Shown piece after piece: positions 48,065 through 60,349 of a DNA stretch of 64,000 nt. A program made the position numbers and the translations under genes. The DNA lies in the NCBI GenBank assembly GCA_002104905.1, contig MCFE01000413.1, forward strand, positions 15,611 through 79,610, written 5' to 3'. The DNA comes from Basidiobolus meristosporus CBS 931.73 (taxonomy: Eukaryota > Fungi > Basidiobolomycota). Below the pieces are notes generated by a model. It saw only the letters and a program-made list of their open reading frames with translations. It was not told the DNA's origin and did not search any database. Within the stretch, counting starts at the first letter, position 1. Each line of letters begins with the position of its first letter.

Positions 48065-49869
48065 ACACCATCGCCGCCTCAGTAGTCACTCCTCTCCCCT
48101 CACCGCCCCCCCCCTACCATTTACCCAACTCATACACCCGTCCACTAATGTTTATACCCCGATCCCCGCCGTAAGATCCGAAATAAATCACTTGATGCGC
48201 TTAAAACCCCAACGCTGCGGTCCATATTTTGGCAGTTTCCCCATGCCCCTCCGAGCCAATACCGCATCTTGAGTTTCCACTTGACTGACAGCCAGATTGG
48301 AGATTACTCATTGACGGTTCGGTTTGCTAGTCAATCCGGGCTCCTTCGAGTCAGTGAGGCTCCAGAAATTGTTTGCTTTTTCAGTCTGGTCTATCCACGA
48401 TGTGCTGGAAACTCTCCGGGCCCTTCCTTTAAGTACGCCTGGTGTTTGATATGGCTATAAAGATATATGCTTGTAAATATAAACTTTGCTGAATAATGCG
48501 ACTGGCTACGGTTGTACATTTCAGTGCTGATGCATGTAGATTGCGAGAGAATTGTTTCTTCTACTATAAATGCTTCACTGCCAGTTTTTGTGTTATTTCT
48601 AACAACCAATAAGATATGGATATTTGCAGTTGACATCGAGGACCTGTGGCCTAACACCTACAGTGAACAACCTCGAAATCCCATATTGGCTTTTCTCGGC
48701 GTTGGCTCAATCAATCATTTCATGCATAGTTATTCTGTTGGTGGCTCATGTAGTCGAGTTATCACACACGCTCAATATTTAACATGTGTTTCTTCATCAG
48801 GAACTGCATTCATATGTCCGCCATGTTGCTGCTTGCTACATATTGCGATTAGTTTATTTGGCTATTTTCTGCTCTCCCATCTATGATTTATCTTTCACCC
48901 AAAGTGTGGCTATCATTAGTGCGGAGTAGCATCATTGCCAACTTGTAACACTTGTGTAACCTGTACAGCATATACTTAGTGTATGCAATTCTTCAGATTA
49001 ATAGCAATTAGAATCAATAAAGATTTGGCTCACTCAGTCTAATGCAACTTAACAGAACACTGAGTGCATAGGGGTATCTTCAAGCTCATTGTAAGCTGTG
49101 TGTAATATAGCTAAGTTAAGGTGATGATCCAAGGTGCAGCTGTACTAAGTTGCAGTGGATGACTGGTTGCTGTCATAGTCTAGGATATATGGTAAGTCAT
49201 GTTGTGAGTAGATATGATGTATTACTTTTATATAGGTACATATTAAATGTTAGTATTTTGCAAGATACCAAGACCTGCATGGTAAGACATGGGCAGAAAT
49301 ATTATGCAACTCAACAGGCTAAACAAAGGTGGCCTTCTGATAAATACTTAGAGTACCCTATACTCCTAATCAGAAGTACACTTATACCTACTAGTACCAC
49401 TGATGATCTAAACTAAGCAACACACTTATGACTGCAAGCATATCAGTGGACCTCATGCATCATCCCAGCTGCTCCTGAGAGTGCTAGCTCTACACAAGAA
49501 GAGAGATTATTTAAAGGCCTGCAAATAGCCATCATAGTTGCATCCAAATTTCAAGTTTCACTCAACTCACTGCTATTGATAATATGGGTCCCAGTTATTT
49601 GAAAGACAGCACAACCTGTCCTCTGAGATAATGCTCCACATATTCAGCTGGTCAGCAGTTATGAGCTCAAAATTGCTACAAGATAAAGCCTCTATAAGAG
49701 ACCTGGATGATGCAGAAGACTATATAGAGGTCCTCTGACATAACTACTGGTGTAAATACCTGCCTAATGTTACAGTGCTTACTGTTTGTTTAGCTGTTGA
49801 GTACATGATAAAAGTAGTGCAGGTACCTGATGGTGGTAATCTATATACTGGAGACAGGACTCATATGGT

Positions 49870-50845
49870 AGGCCAAGTTATCTGTTGCAATTTTCTGAGG
49901 AGTATCACAAGTGATGTGGAGAACTAGAGAACCTACTTGTTATTCACTTGTAGATATATTGGTCAAAAGTATTGTATTTATACTTTTGATAAAGCAAACA
50001 GGCATGTAGAGTTTGTTAATAACGGTCTCAAAGCATGTGTGCCAGGTTTGGGGTCTTAGAAATCACATTTGGGATGTTTCAGGTACTATAAGCACTTGGG
50101 AATAACTCTTTGGCTCAAATTTTGACTGACTTTGTGCAATATTCTGAGGAGTATTGGAAGTTATGTGGAGAACTAGAGGATTTACATGGTATTCACTTGT
50201 AGATTTATTGATCAAAAGCATGTTTTTTATACTTTTGATGAAGTGGTGCAAATAAACATGTAGAGTTTGTTGAGGAAGGTCCCAAGAATATGTGTGCAAA
50301 GTTTGGGCGCTTTTGGACAGCTCTGAGAGAGATCACAATCTGAATACCTGATAATTTGGTGAAAGTATTCTAAGTAAATCCCATCAAGAAATTTGGGCAT
50401 TTTGTTAACATTTGCTGTGCAAGCAAATATTATTGAATGCTCTGCACTTGGTCTGTATCCATATTAGGCCTCAAATAGAGTAGAAGTACAAAGTGTTGTA
50501 ATTATTAGGTTGTTACCAAAGTATTTGTGCTAAATTAGTCACATAGATCTTATTCTTTAATTAGCATTCTGTCCTGACCAAATTTCTTGTTGGGATTTAC
50601 TTAAAAATATTTTCACCAAATTGTCAAGTACCCAGATTATGATCTTTCTCAAAGTTGTCCAAAAGCCCCCATACTTTGCACATATATTCTTGGGACCTTC
50701 CTTAACAAACTCTACATGTTTTTTTGCTCTACCTTATTAAAAGTATAAATCCCATACTTTTGATCAATAAATCTAGAAGTGAATAACATGTGAATCCTCA
50801 AGTTCTCCACATCACTTCCAATACTCCTCAGAATATTGCAATGCA
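49870..50845. repeat. Cluster of three related solo-LTR copies (family C-like): two in one orientation (about 49870-50060 partial, about 50115-50410) and one inverted (about 50510-50845)
   Basis: Shared blocks CTGAGGAGTAT..GATGTGGAGAACT, CATGTAGAGTTTGTT and AGGTCCCAAG in direct and inverted orientation. Confidence 0.7.
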
Positions 50846-50899
50846 AAGTACTCTGCCACAACTTTTATTTAAGGATGATCAGCTGTAGCAATTGATTCC

Positions 50900-53800
50900 A
50901 CCCAAAAGTTATGGAATAATACTTGAGAATGAATCATAAGTCTTGCCATATCAATTATTAATCCAATGGCATGTTTACAGATTGGGGCTCATATTGCTTC
51001 CTATCAGAAAAAATCTCTTCACAATCCCAAGTCCAATCTTACTATAGAGTCTCAAAAAAATAAAATGACTGTATTCAACAAGAACCACAGGAGATGATAC
51101 AACAAGAAGTGGTAACCCTGTCTACATCCCCTTGGACTTCCCTAGTCATGCTTATAGAGAAAACAATGATACAAAATGCGTCTGTAAAGACCATCAAAAA
51201 TTAATGCAATCAAAAGGATGCCTATCCTCTACCAAAAGCTGAAGCACTGTTAGATGCACTAGCCCAAGCTACTGACTATACTACCCTGGATGCTGCCTCT
51301 GGCTACTGGCAGATAATGATAGAACTAAGCAGTCAGGAAAAGACAGCTTTTGTCACCAAATGGGGATTATATGAGTTCAATGTTTTGCCCTTTGGTCCCA
51401 CAAATGCCCCAGCTACATTTCAACAAGCAATGAACCACCCTTTTTGAGAGCAATTGTGGAATTATGTGCTCATTTTTATAGATAATATCACAATCTACTC
51501 AAAAAGGCTGGAGGAACACCAATCCCATCTACAACAAGTATTCAAGATCCTACAACATGCAAACATGAAACACAAACAAAACAAATGCATTCAAATGGAA
51601 GAAAGACTTTGATATTTTGGACATACAAAATCCAATAAAGGAATGGAAACAGTGTAGTGGGGTGACAGTGACACCCACTGACAGATGTGCTCATTCCCAT
51701 ATTTTCTACTTCCCTATTTCTCTACTACCCTTATTTCAGTTTTATCCCATTTGTCTTACTTGGTCAGTACTATTCCATAAGCTGGCTGACTATCACCCCT
51801 GCTTACCTTATTGCATAAGTTATCCCTCACTTTATGTAAGGTTACTTGACATAAGTGCTTCTTGATTAGACAGGTACCCATGCCAGTACCCATGACACCT
51901 GACCAAACTGTGTCACTATCCCTACCATTTCCATACCATTTATGGTATCCTTATGTTACACAGGTTTCAGAATATCCATTCCTGATTGGTTGGGTGTGCT
52001 GCGCCTCTTAGAACCTTCTGGCACCTACTTAGAGCATTCTTAGCTCATTCTGATGCCATTAAGATTTCTATTTGACCCACCAGAACCTTCTGGAACACCA
52101 TGATTAGTAGTCACTTTGCCAGTGAGAAAAGTATATAAGGGAGGCAATCCCTCAACAATAAATCATCTTCCCTTTTATCAATATACCAACTTGTTGATTA
52201 GTGTGATCACTGCTACCTGCTACTACCTGAACTCCAACCTTTGACCACATCACACTCCCAGAAGACTGTGCTGACAGCCAACTGACCTTGGAGGCACTAC
52301 TTGTGAGGAATACTCTGAGTAGGTATCTTTTATTATGTTTGACTCTTTCCCAAGTTTGTTCTTGTACAGGCAAAGATACTTTTCTGTCTTTGTAACTATT
52401 GACCACAGCTGCATTCTTATCAAGTCCCTGCTGGTGGAGTTTGCAGTTGCTTTGACTTTGGAAGTTTTGGTAAGTTGTCATCTCAAAGGATGCTGAACCC
52501 AGCACATACTTTTGTTAAGATACCAACTAAGTTGGGGAGTGAAGCTCAATAGTTTTCCCTTGAGAAGCTTGGGGCTTTATTCCCCTTCACTATAGAGTAG
52601 AGACAAAACCCTAGTATACCTAGCAAGCTTTTGCCAGAGGTTATTGCACCTGGTGAGCACCCTGCACACAAAACACTTGAGGAGTGTTGGACATATCTCT
52701 CCCTTGGACTTATACACCACCACAATGGGCCCAGCCAAGGTGGACAAGTACATAAATATGCAACCTCCACAGGACAGTAAGGAAGTAGTTTCCTTTCTAC
52801 AGTCAGTGGGCCATTCCAGAGCTTTAATAAGGATTGTGCTAAAATTGCTTACCCTCAAATCAACTTGACTAAGACAGGCAATACATTTTTATGGGAACAA
52901 GCGCAGGACAATGCCTGCCAAGAACTAAAACAACAATTGATCAAAGCACATATACCACAATACTCATATTATGACCAAGAATTTTGGTTAACAACTGATG
53001 CTTCCAAAGAAAGGTTAGGTACAACCCTATCCCAGCCAAACAAACAAAATGGGAGAGAGTGTTTATTTCAATGTGCCAGTTGTACTACACAAGGCTCTGA
53101 AAGAAACTATTCTAGCTCACACCTGGAAGGCATAGTGGTTATTGGGCAATAAAACAATTCTGATACTACCCAGTGGGGCAATCATTTAGATTATATACAG
53201 ACCACCAAGCATTATTAAATTTATTCAACATGCCAAACCTGGTATGATACATTGCCAGATGTAGTACAATTCTTATGGAGTATATGGTCTCAATACATCA
53301 CCAAAAAAGAAAAAGGAACCCTGCACATGCCTTGTTGTGACTGGTAGAAGTCACCAAAATTCCACTAAAAATTCCACAGATCAAGCAAATCAGGAGCATT
53401 CAGGGGTTGGCCCTTTCATATTATTTTGCAGCGCTGAAATTTCTACAAATGGAAACATTAGTGGAGGGAGCTACCTGGGAGATAAAACAAAGTATACTAG
53501 AACTAGGTCAAAAAATTTTACATAAAGAAAACAGATTTTTCTTGAAGCAACAACCATCTTGGGAAGTACTACCTGAATGACAAGGATACAAGGGGGTGGA
53601 GCAAATTTACAACACTATACACTTAGGTATCCAAGGAACTTGGGACCAGGTAAAACAATAGTATAGTACCCCACAGCTATATGCAGCAGTACCAGTGGTT
53701 AAGGCATGCAAGATATGCAACAATTATGCAAAACAACTACCACATGCAATGCCCCAACAAATGCACCTCAAAGCTATGTATCTATTCAAGGTGATCAGTG

Positions 53801-54430
53801 CAGAATTCATAGGCCCCATACCTCCTACATAGCAAGGAAATAGATACATACCTATTAGTATTGACTTCCTTACCCAATGGCCTATGGCAGTAGCATGAGC
53901 AAAATGCAATACAGAAGCTGTAGTCAGATTTCTATTAGCAGAGTTCATCCCTATATATGGATGCCCAGCACACATTGTCAGCAACCAAGCATCCACTATT
54001 ACAAACAAAGTCCTAAAAACTCTTTTTGAACATCTGAACATATGCTCACACTATAGCAGAGCGTACCAACCACAAGGAAATGGGAGGGTTAAATGTCTAA
54101 ACTAAAAGTTGAAACAAACCATTGGGAAGCTAAGCTAATATTGCACAAACTGGGACAAGAAACTTCTAATGGCCTGGTTGATCTGGTGGACATCAAAAAT
54201 GAGGAAATAGGCTACACATCTTCCTATCTCCTGTATGGCTACAAGATGAAAATACCAAGCACTTGGCAACTGCACAGTATAGATCTGTTGGAAATATCCA
54301 TAAAACAACACCTGGAAATAATGGAGCAGACCTTACCACAGGTTTGGCAAATGGCAACCCTGTGTTCAGAAGAGAGAAAGCTGCAACAAACTCAGAGACA
54401 ACAGGGAAATGCTATCCCCAGATGATTCCA
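50900..54430 (+). mobile_element. Ty3/Gypsy pol remnant (RT, RNase H, integrase)
   Basis: LDAASGYWQI, PFGPTNAPATFQ, TTDASKERLG, HLGIQGTW, DFLTQWP, HPQGNG; interrupted by a solo LTR. Confidence 0.85.
51653..52724. repeat. Solo LTR family D inside a Gypsy RT
   Basis: TGTAG...ACCACA ends; the RT frame resumes after it (GPAKVDK...EVVSFL); similar to 58047-58850 (inverted) and 20056-20609. TSD not clear. Confidence 0.75.
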
Positions 54431-54756
54431 TGAACAGTAAAATCTCTTCACAAAACTTAATCAAAACAAAGAGCATTAGCTAGGGGTCAGATCATGGTGC
54501 AACCAAGCAAGCAGCATGTACCTTATTGTGCCAAAAGACAATTAAATTGAGGTAAGACAGCAAATGGTGCACAAACAAGTGTTGTCAATGGCAAAGCTGA
54601 GGGGAGCTAGGTAGTGACAGCTGGGTATTAGATTGGAGGCCCAATTGAGGTCATTGTGTCTATAAGTGGGTGGCATCAGCCAAAAGAACAGATATATGGG
54701 ATAATAGTAACAGCATTAGTTAGCATTTGAAAGCCAAAGCTAATTAGAGCAAAAGA

Positions 54757-54840
54757 TGCTGACTGTGAGGTTTGAACTCACGCCCTGTTTCTGGGAGAGG
54801 ATCTTAAGTCACCTGCCTTAGACCACTTGGCCAAATCAGC
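54757..54840 (-). pseudogene. tRNA-Leu(TAA) pseudogene
   Basis: Six differences from 63541-63624, five at CpG, including the T-loop/B-box GTTCGAA>GTTCAAA. Confidence 0.88.
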
Positions 54841-55345
54841 TATACAGACTTAGGTGAGTAGTGTCTTTTAATTGATGGCATACTAGGTGTGTAGCCAAGC
54901 AACAACTAACAAGAGTGTGTGGATTCCCCATTCAAATAGAAAGAGCAAGTATCTCCTATAATACTGAGGTGTATATAAATGTGGATCCAGCTTCAGACCA
55001 TTCCATTCCTGCATAGCAATCAGCCATAGTAGATGCTAGAAGAAGAGCAGCCTACATGAGACCCTGTTAAGAAACATAGCAGGGATATTTGCATACTAGG
55101 TATCTGTCACAAAAGACAAGGTCACTCAAACACTAGATGCAATAATTGGGCAACAGTGAGGGATAAGAAAAACAAATTAGCCAGCCAGCCAAGCAAGGCC
55201 AGGCCAATTTTAAAACACAAATGAGGGTGCAAGTGAGCAAGTTGTGCAAGCTTTAGAGAAGGTCCCTGGCTTGAATCTTTGTGTTGAGCTTTTTCTTGAT
55301 TAATATTTGTATTTGTAATTGGCAACATGAAGGCACTCAGGCTTT

Positions 55346-55418
55346 GCAGGTTTAGCTCAAATGGTAGAGCAATTGCTTTGCATGCAATAGGCACTAGGAT
55401 CAATACCCAGAATTGCAA
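55346..55418 (+). pseudogene. tRNA-Ala pseudogene (anticodon CGC>TGC)
   Basis: Colinear with 62701-62773; all 7 CpGs are mutated and the acceptor stem is broken. Confidence 0.88.
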
Positions 55419-55976
55419 CTCTTTGGAAAACCTTCTGGGAGGGTAGATAGATTAGTTGTTCAGTGTAAGTGCAGCGGAGTAATGTGTGTTGGGTTAGGGG
55501 TGGCAATGGCAAGGAACACAATACATGGAAGGAAGTTGCCAAACTCCTTAGCAATAGGCCTTCTGGCAAATCAATTAGCCACCAGTATACACCCATGCAC
55601 ACAAATAGATGTATACTGATGGCTAGGTGGGGGTGGGTGAAGAGTATCTTTGAGTTGGGGTAAAGAATTCAAAGGGATGATATGGAATTATATTTACTGC
55701 AGTATGTGTTTATATATTGCCCAAGAAGAGTTTGGAGGGCATATTTGCTCTGGACTGGCTTGGGTTAGGTAGCCAGGCTGGGATAGAGATGAAAGAAAGA
55801 AAGAGTTTGGGAACATGGAGGTGTGTGAGAGTGAGAGTGAATGCACACACATACTGACAGAGCCAAGTGATCTTCTACAGGCATATGTTGAAAACCAATA
55901 CCAAGGGAAACTTGGCAAAACATCAATTCAAAGGCAATATAATTTATCATTAAACTCCACAACTACATGAAGGAAT

Positions 55977-58900
55977 TGCTACAGTTAGGGCCCAGAAATC
56001 CAGTTAACATTACCTACAAGCCTAGTACCTAATATGGTACCACCTTACCAAGCCTGGACCAAGGTTAAGGAATACTTAAAAGGACAGGCAAGAAAAGGAA
56101 CACATAGTTAGTTATAGTTATTAGTCTCAATCCATCCTTGACCCATCCCAGCCCAAGCTCCTAAGATCCCTTTGAATAAACCTACTCTTAGTACCTATTC
56201 CCAAGATCCTATCTCTATTTGTACCAAGATTACAACATTGGTAGCAGCAAAAAATGTGCTTCTTGAAAGACACCCACAAATCCTGACCTGTGACCCTTGA
56301 TCCCTTGATGCAGAAGTACTAAAAAGCAAAATGTCTTGCCCAAAATTTGATAGTGTAGAAGATATGGAAGACTATATTGCACAGATTGAAAGACAGTTAA
56401 CACAGTTGACTATGAACCCTCAACAGACAACAACACAAAATACCCTTGGGAACACCTTGAAGCTAGCAAAGCCTAAAACCTTTGAAGAGAAGAAATATAC
56501 CATGACCTTAGAAACCTGGATCTTTGAGATGGAACAATACCTGACATTTTCTGCTGACCCAGACATTATAAGGTTCAAGTTTGCTGCCACCTTTTTCCAA
56601 AAAGAAGATACACTCTGGTGGAAACTTTATAAACAGGGTATAGCACAGAACTTATTCTCCAGTATAAACACTTGGGATATTTTTGTGGCAGCCCTCCAAA
56701 AACAGTTTATCCCAGTCAATGCAGTACAAAATGCAAGAGATAAGCTGTATAAGTTGAACAAGACAAAGACTGTTCAGGACTACAACCAACAATTCAATAT
56801 ATTGATGCTTGAAATCCCCAATATGCCTGATACTGAACAGATGGAACACTACCTCCAAGGCCTATGTTACCAGACATGCTTGGAAGTTGAATACAGTGAC
56901 CCTACCTCTTTGTCCAAAGCCATGGCCATAGCCAAACAATATGACTCTATCCATTTGGTCAGCATTACACTCCAGTACATTGGACTACCAATAGAAGCTC
57001 CGGAGCAGAGATAAAGAAACCCACCAATGCAACACAATTCTGCACACCCAACCTAGACCCTATGGACCTTGACATGATATTGTCACAAACAGGGCACAAT
57101 ATCTAACAAAGAATGTATGAAAATGGGACTATGTTTTTACTGTAAGAAACATGGTCACCTATTACAAGATTATCTTGTACAACCACAAACAAGGAGCACA
57201 TTGCAGTCCATTCAGACAGTCAATCATAAGGTATACCAGCTAATTAATGTGGTTGATGCTACTAGCCTACAGATCCATCCAAAGTTATTAGTATTGGAAG
57301 GAACTGTCAATGACACATCTGTTGACATACTCTTGGATAGTGGAGCAGTGGACACATATATATCCAAGGAGTTAGTTAACCAACTACAACCCCCAAAGCA
57401 ACACTGCAACCCCATATTGATTTGCTTTGCAGCACAACACCCCAAACAAGTGAACCACAGAACCAAACCAAGCATGTCAACACTAGGCACTCATGCCAGT
57501 ACCATAACCCCTGCAGTAATACCAAACGCAAACTTTGATATAATTCTAGGGCAAAGTTGGCATGTGAGGTTTAACCCCCCAATAGATTGGAGAACACAAG
57601 AGGTTACAATCCAGGAAGGCAACAGCTGGGTTACCTTGAGACCACAAGCTAACCTTCAAAGACAACTAGCCAATGAGAAGAAGCCACTGTAAAAGTAGCA
57701 ATTTACCAAGGTTAATAAGGAGGATAATGAGAGAACATCTTTCCTGGTGTATGTTACTCATGGGAAGAGTGAACAACCCATTGATCCCCAAGTACAATGC
57801 CTGGTTGAAGAATTTTCCAATGTGTTCCCTGAGGAAATCCCACACTTACCACCAGAACATGAGGTATACCATGAGATTGAGTTAATACAGAGTAGACCTG
57901 TCAGTTGGGCCCCATATTGGTTGAACCCTAAAGAAATGGAGGTGTTACATGAGTATTTAGAAGTATACTTGCGTAAAGGGTGGATTCACCCTAGCAAGTA
58001 CCAAGGGGTGCACCTGTCTTATTTACAATGAAGAAAATTGCCACACTGTGGTGGTGTAGAGGTACTCCTGGGAGAAGCTACACAACTCAAGGTGTGTGAG
58101 GTGTCTGATGGGTGCAATAACCTCTGTGTCTAAACTGCTTGTGTCTTTGTGAATATATCACTATGGCAAAAGCTCCTGCTTCTCTAGCTTCCTGGGTGCT
58201 CCAAGTGTCTCCAAAGGCCTCTGTGTGTCTTGTGTGCTACCCTGAAAAGCTCCTTGATGGCAGGTCTGAGATGTACTGTTGAAGGCAGGTGCAGTGATCA
58301 ACTGCTAATCAATAAGGTAGAAGTGTTACTGATAGAAGGGATGATTTATTAATGAGGGATTGCTTTCCCTTAAATACTTTTCCTGATTGCCAAGTGATTA
58401 CTAATGACAAGGTTCTAGAAGATTCTAGGTATCAGTGGAATTCTTGATGACATTACTATGAGCCAAAAATATGCTAAGAATGTACTGGAAGGTTCTAAAG
58501 GGCACAGCACATCCAACCAATCAGGAATCAGTAGTCTGAAACCTGTGCAACATAGAAATACCATATATGGTATTGAAATGGTAGGGATAGTAACACAGAC
58601 CTAGGTCATGTGTCATGGGTACTGACGTGGGTACTTGCCTTATGTAGATACATACACTGATCACAAGGCTGAATAACATCTGGGATAACTAATGCTAATA
58701 ACTAATCAGGGTAAACATCATATGGGGATAATACTGATAATATGCGCAAAAGAAGAATGGGATAATACTGATAAGATAAAATATGGATAATTACATCATA
58801 ATGGCTATATGAATAAACTTGTCTGTGGGAGGTATGTTTACCCTTCCACAACACTTCAACTCTGTATTGATTATCACACTTTGAATGCCACAACAGTGCA

Positions 58901-60349
58901 AAATGCATATCTGTTACCCATATTAATGTGGTGTTTGATCTCTTGTATGGAGCACAAGTATTCTCAATAATAGACCTACAGTTAGGTTACCACCAAATAC
59001 AAGTCAAAAGGGGTGATATACCAAAAACCACATTCAACACACCTTTTGGCCATTACAAATTTGCTGCTATGAGTATTGGTCTAACCAATGCTCTGGCAAC
59101 CTTCCAATTGTTGATGAACTCTATATTTGTAGAACACCTTGGCAAGTTTGTTGTTGTGTACCTAGACAACATATTAGTATTCAGTAAGAAAACAGATAAA
59201 CATCTCAACCACCTATGCATAGTGTTCACCATACTACAAAAACATCAACTATTTGCATCAAGAGCAAAATGCATGTTCCTGATGCCATCCATTGAGTACC
59301 TTGTACATATAGCATCAGCAAAGGGGATTGAAGTGGACCCACAGAAAATGTAAGCAATCCATGAATGGAAACAACCTGGATCCATCACCAAGGTGCAATC
59401 CTTTCTTGGACTAGCATCCTACTACCAATGGTTTGTCAAAGACTTTGCAGAGAAAGCCCTACCCCTGACTAACCTCACGCAGAAAGGACAACTGTTTGAA
59501 TGGACATCATTGTGTAATATGGCTTTCCAACAGTTGAAAGATGCACTATTCAAGACACCTATCCTGATGTACCCCAACTTTGCAAAGCCATTCAAGGTGT
59601 ACACTAATGCATCTGACTTTGCGGTTGGAGGAATACTAGTACAAGAAGACACCAAGCCAAACAAACACCCCATTGCATACAAATCAAAGAAACTCTTGCA
59701 AGCAGGAAGTAACTTTCCTGTACATGAGCGGGAACTACTGGCAATCATACATTGTGTCAAGAAGTGGTGACCCTACTTAGAGGGACAACAGTTCAAGATA
59801 TTTACAGACCACAACTTGCTAAAGTACCTTACCACACAGAAACAGCTATCACAACAAATGGCACACTGGACTGCACTGTTACAGACATATGACTTCCAGA
59901 TCCATTATATACCAGGAAAAACAACCTGGCTGCGGATGCACTTTCACAAAACCCTGGACTCCAAGATCTGTTTTTGATTGAACTTGATAAAGACTGGCCT
60001 AAGTACTTACCAGAGTACTTATCCATAGGCAACATTCCCCTAGAGGCCTCTACAGAAATCAGGGAAAAAATACAACAAGCAGCAAACCACTTTACCTTTG
60101 GAGAAGATGAAGTACTTTATTGATGCATACCCAACTTGGGACCTGTACCCTTTGTCTCACATGCATGCCAAGCAGATACCCTACAAAAGCTCCATAAGGG
60201 ATTTGGTCACTTGGGAACACAAGGTACATATGACATAATGAAACAAAATGTGTGGTGGCCAAAGATGAAAAGGGACATAGCACAAACCATCCAGTCATGC
60301 CAAGAATGTCAACTAGCAAGATCAAAGACAACTACTCCAACCCCCTTAC
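55977..60349 (+). mobile_element. Ty3/Gypsy retrotransposon, 3'-truncated
   Basis: LTR about 55977-56237 then PBS TGGTAGCAGC; gag 56331-57014 (LAKPKTF, WIFEMEQYL); CFYCKKHGH; LLDSGA; RT (LGYHQI, YLDNI); RNase H (YTNASDFAVGG); integrase N-terminus (GHLG, WWP, CQEC). Confidence 0.9.
58047..58850. repeat. Solo LTR family D with 4-bp TSD inside a Gypsy RT
   Basis: TGTGG...TTCCACA; TSD ACAC at 58043-58046 and 58851-58854; excision restores KIATLQLCIDY (RT motif DG.LR.CIDY). Confidence 0.9.

Larger units (their letters stand above)
54440..55420. repeat. Segmental duplicate of the tRNA-Leu/tRNA-Ala unit at 63224-64000 and beyond, CpG-eroded
   Basis: Colinear over about 780 bp to the window end (55217 corresponds to 64000); differences are dominated by CG>TG/CA. 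Confidence 0.95.

Noticed and set aside
51011-54453. 14-bp direct repeat AAATCTCTTCACAA near both ends of the Gypsy remnant (also at about 63224)
   Set aside because: Similarity does not extend, and the length fits no TSD of these elements. Could be microhomology at the duplication breakpoint but is unsupported.
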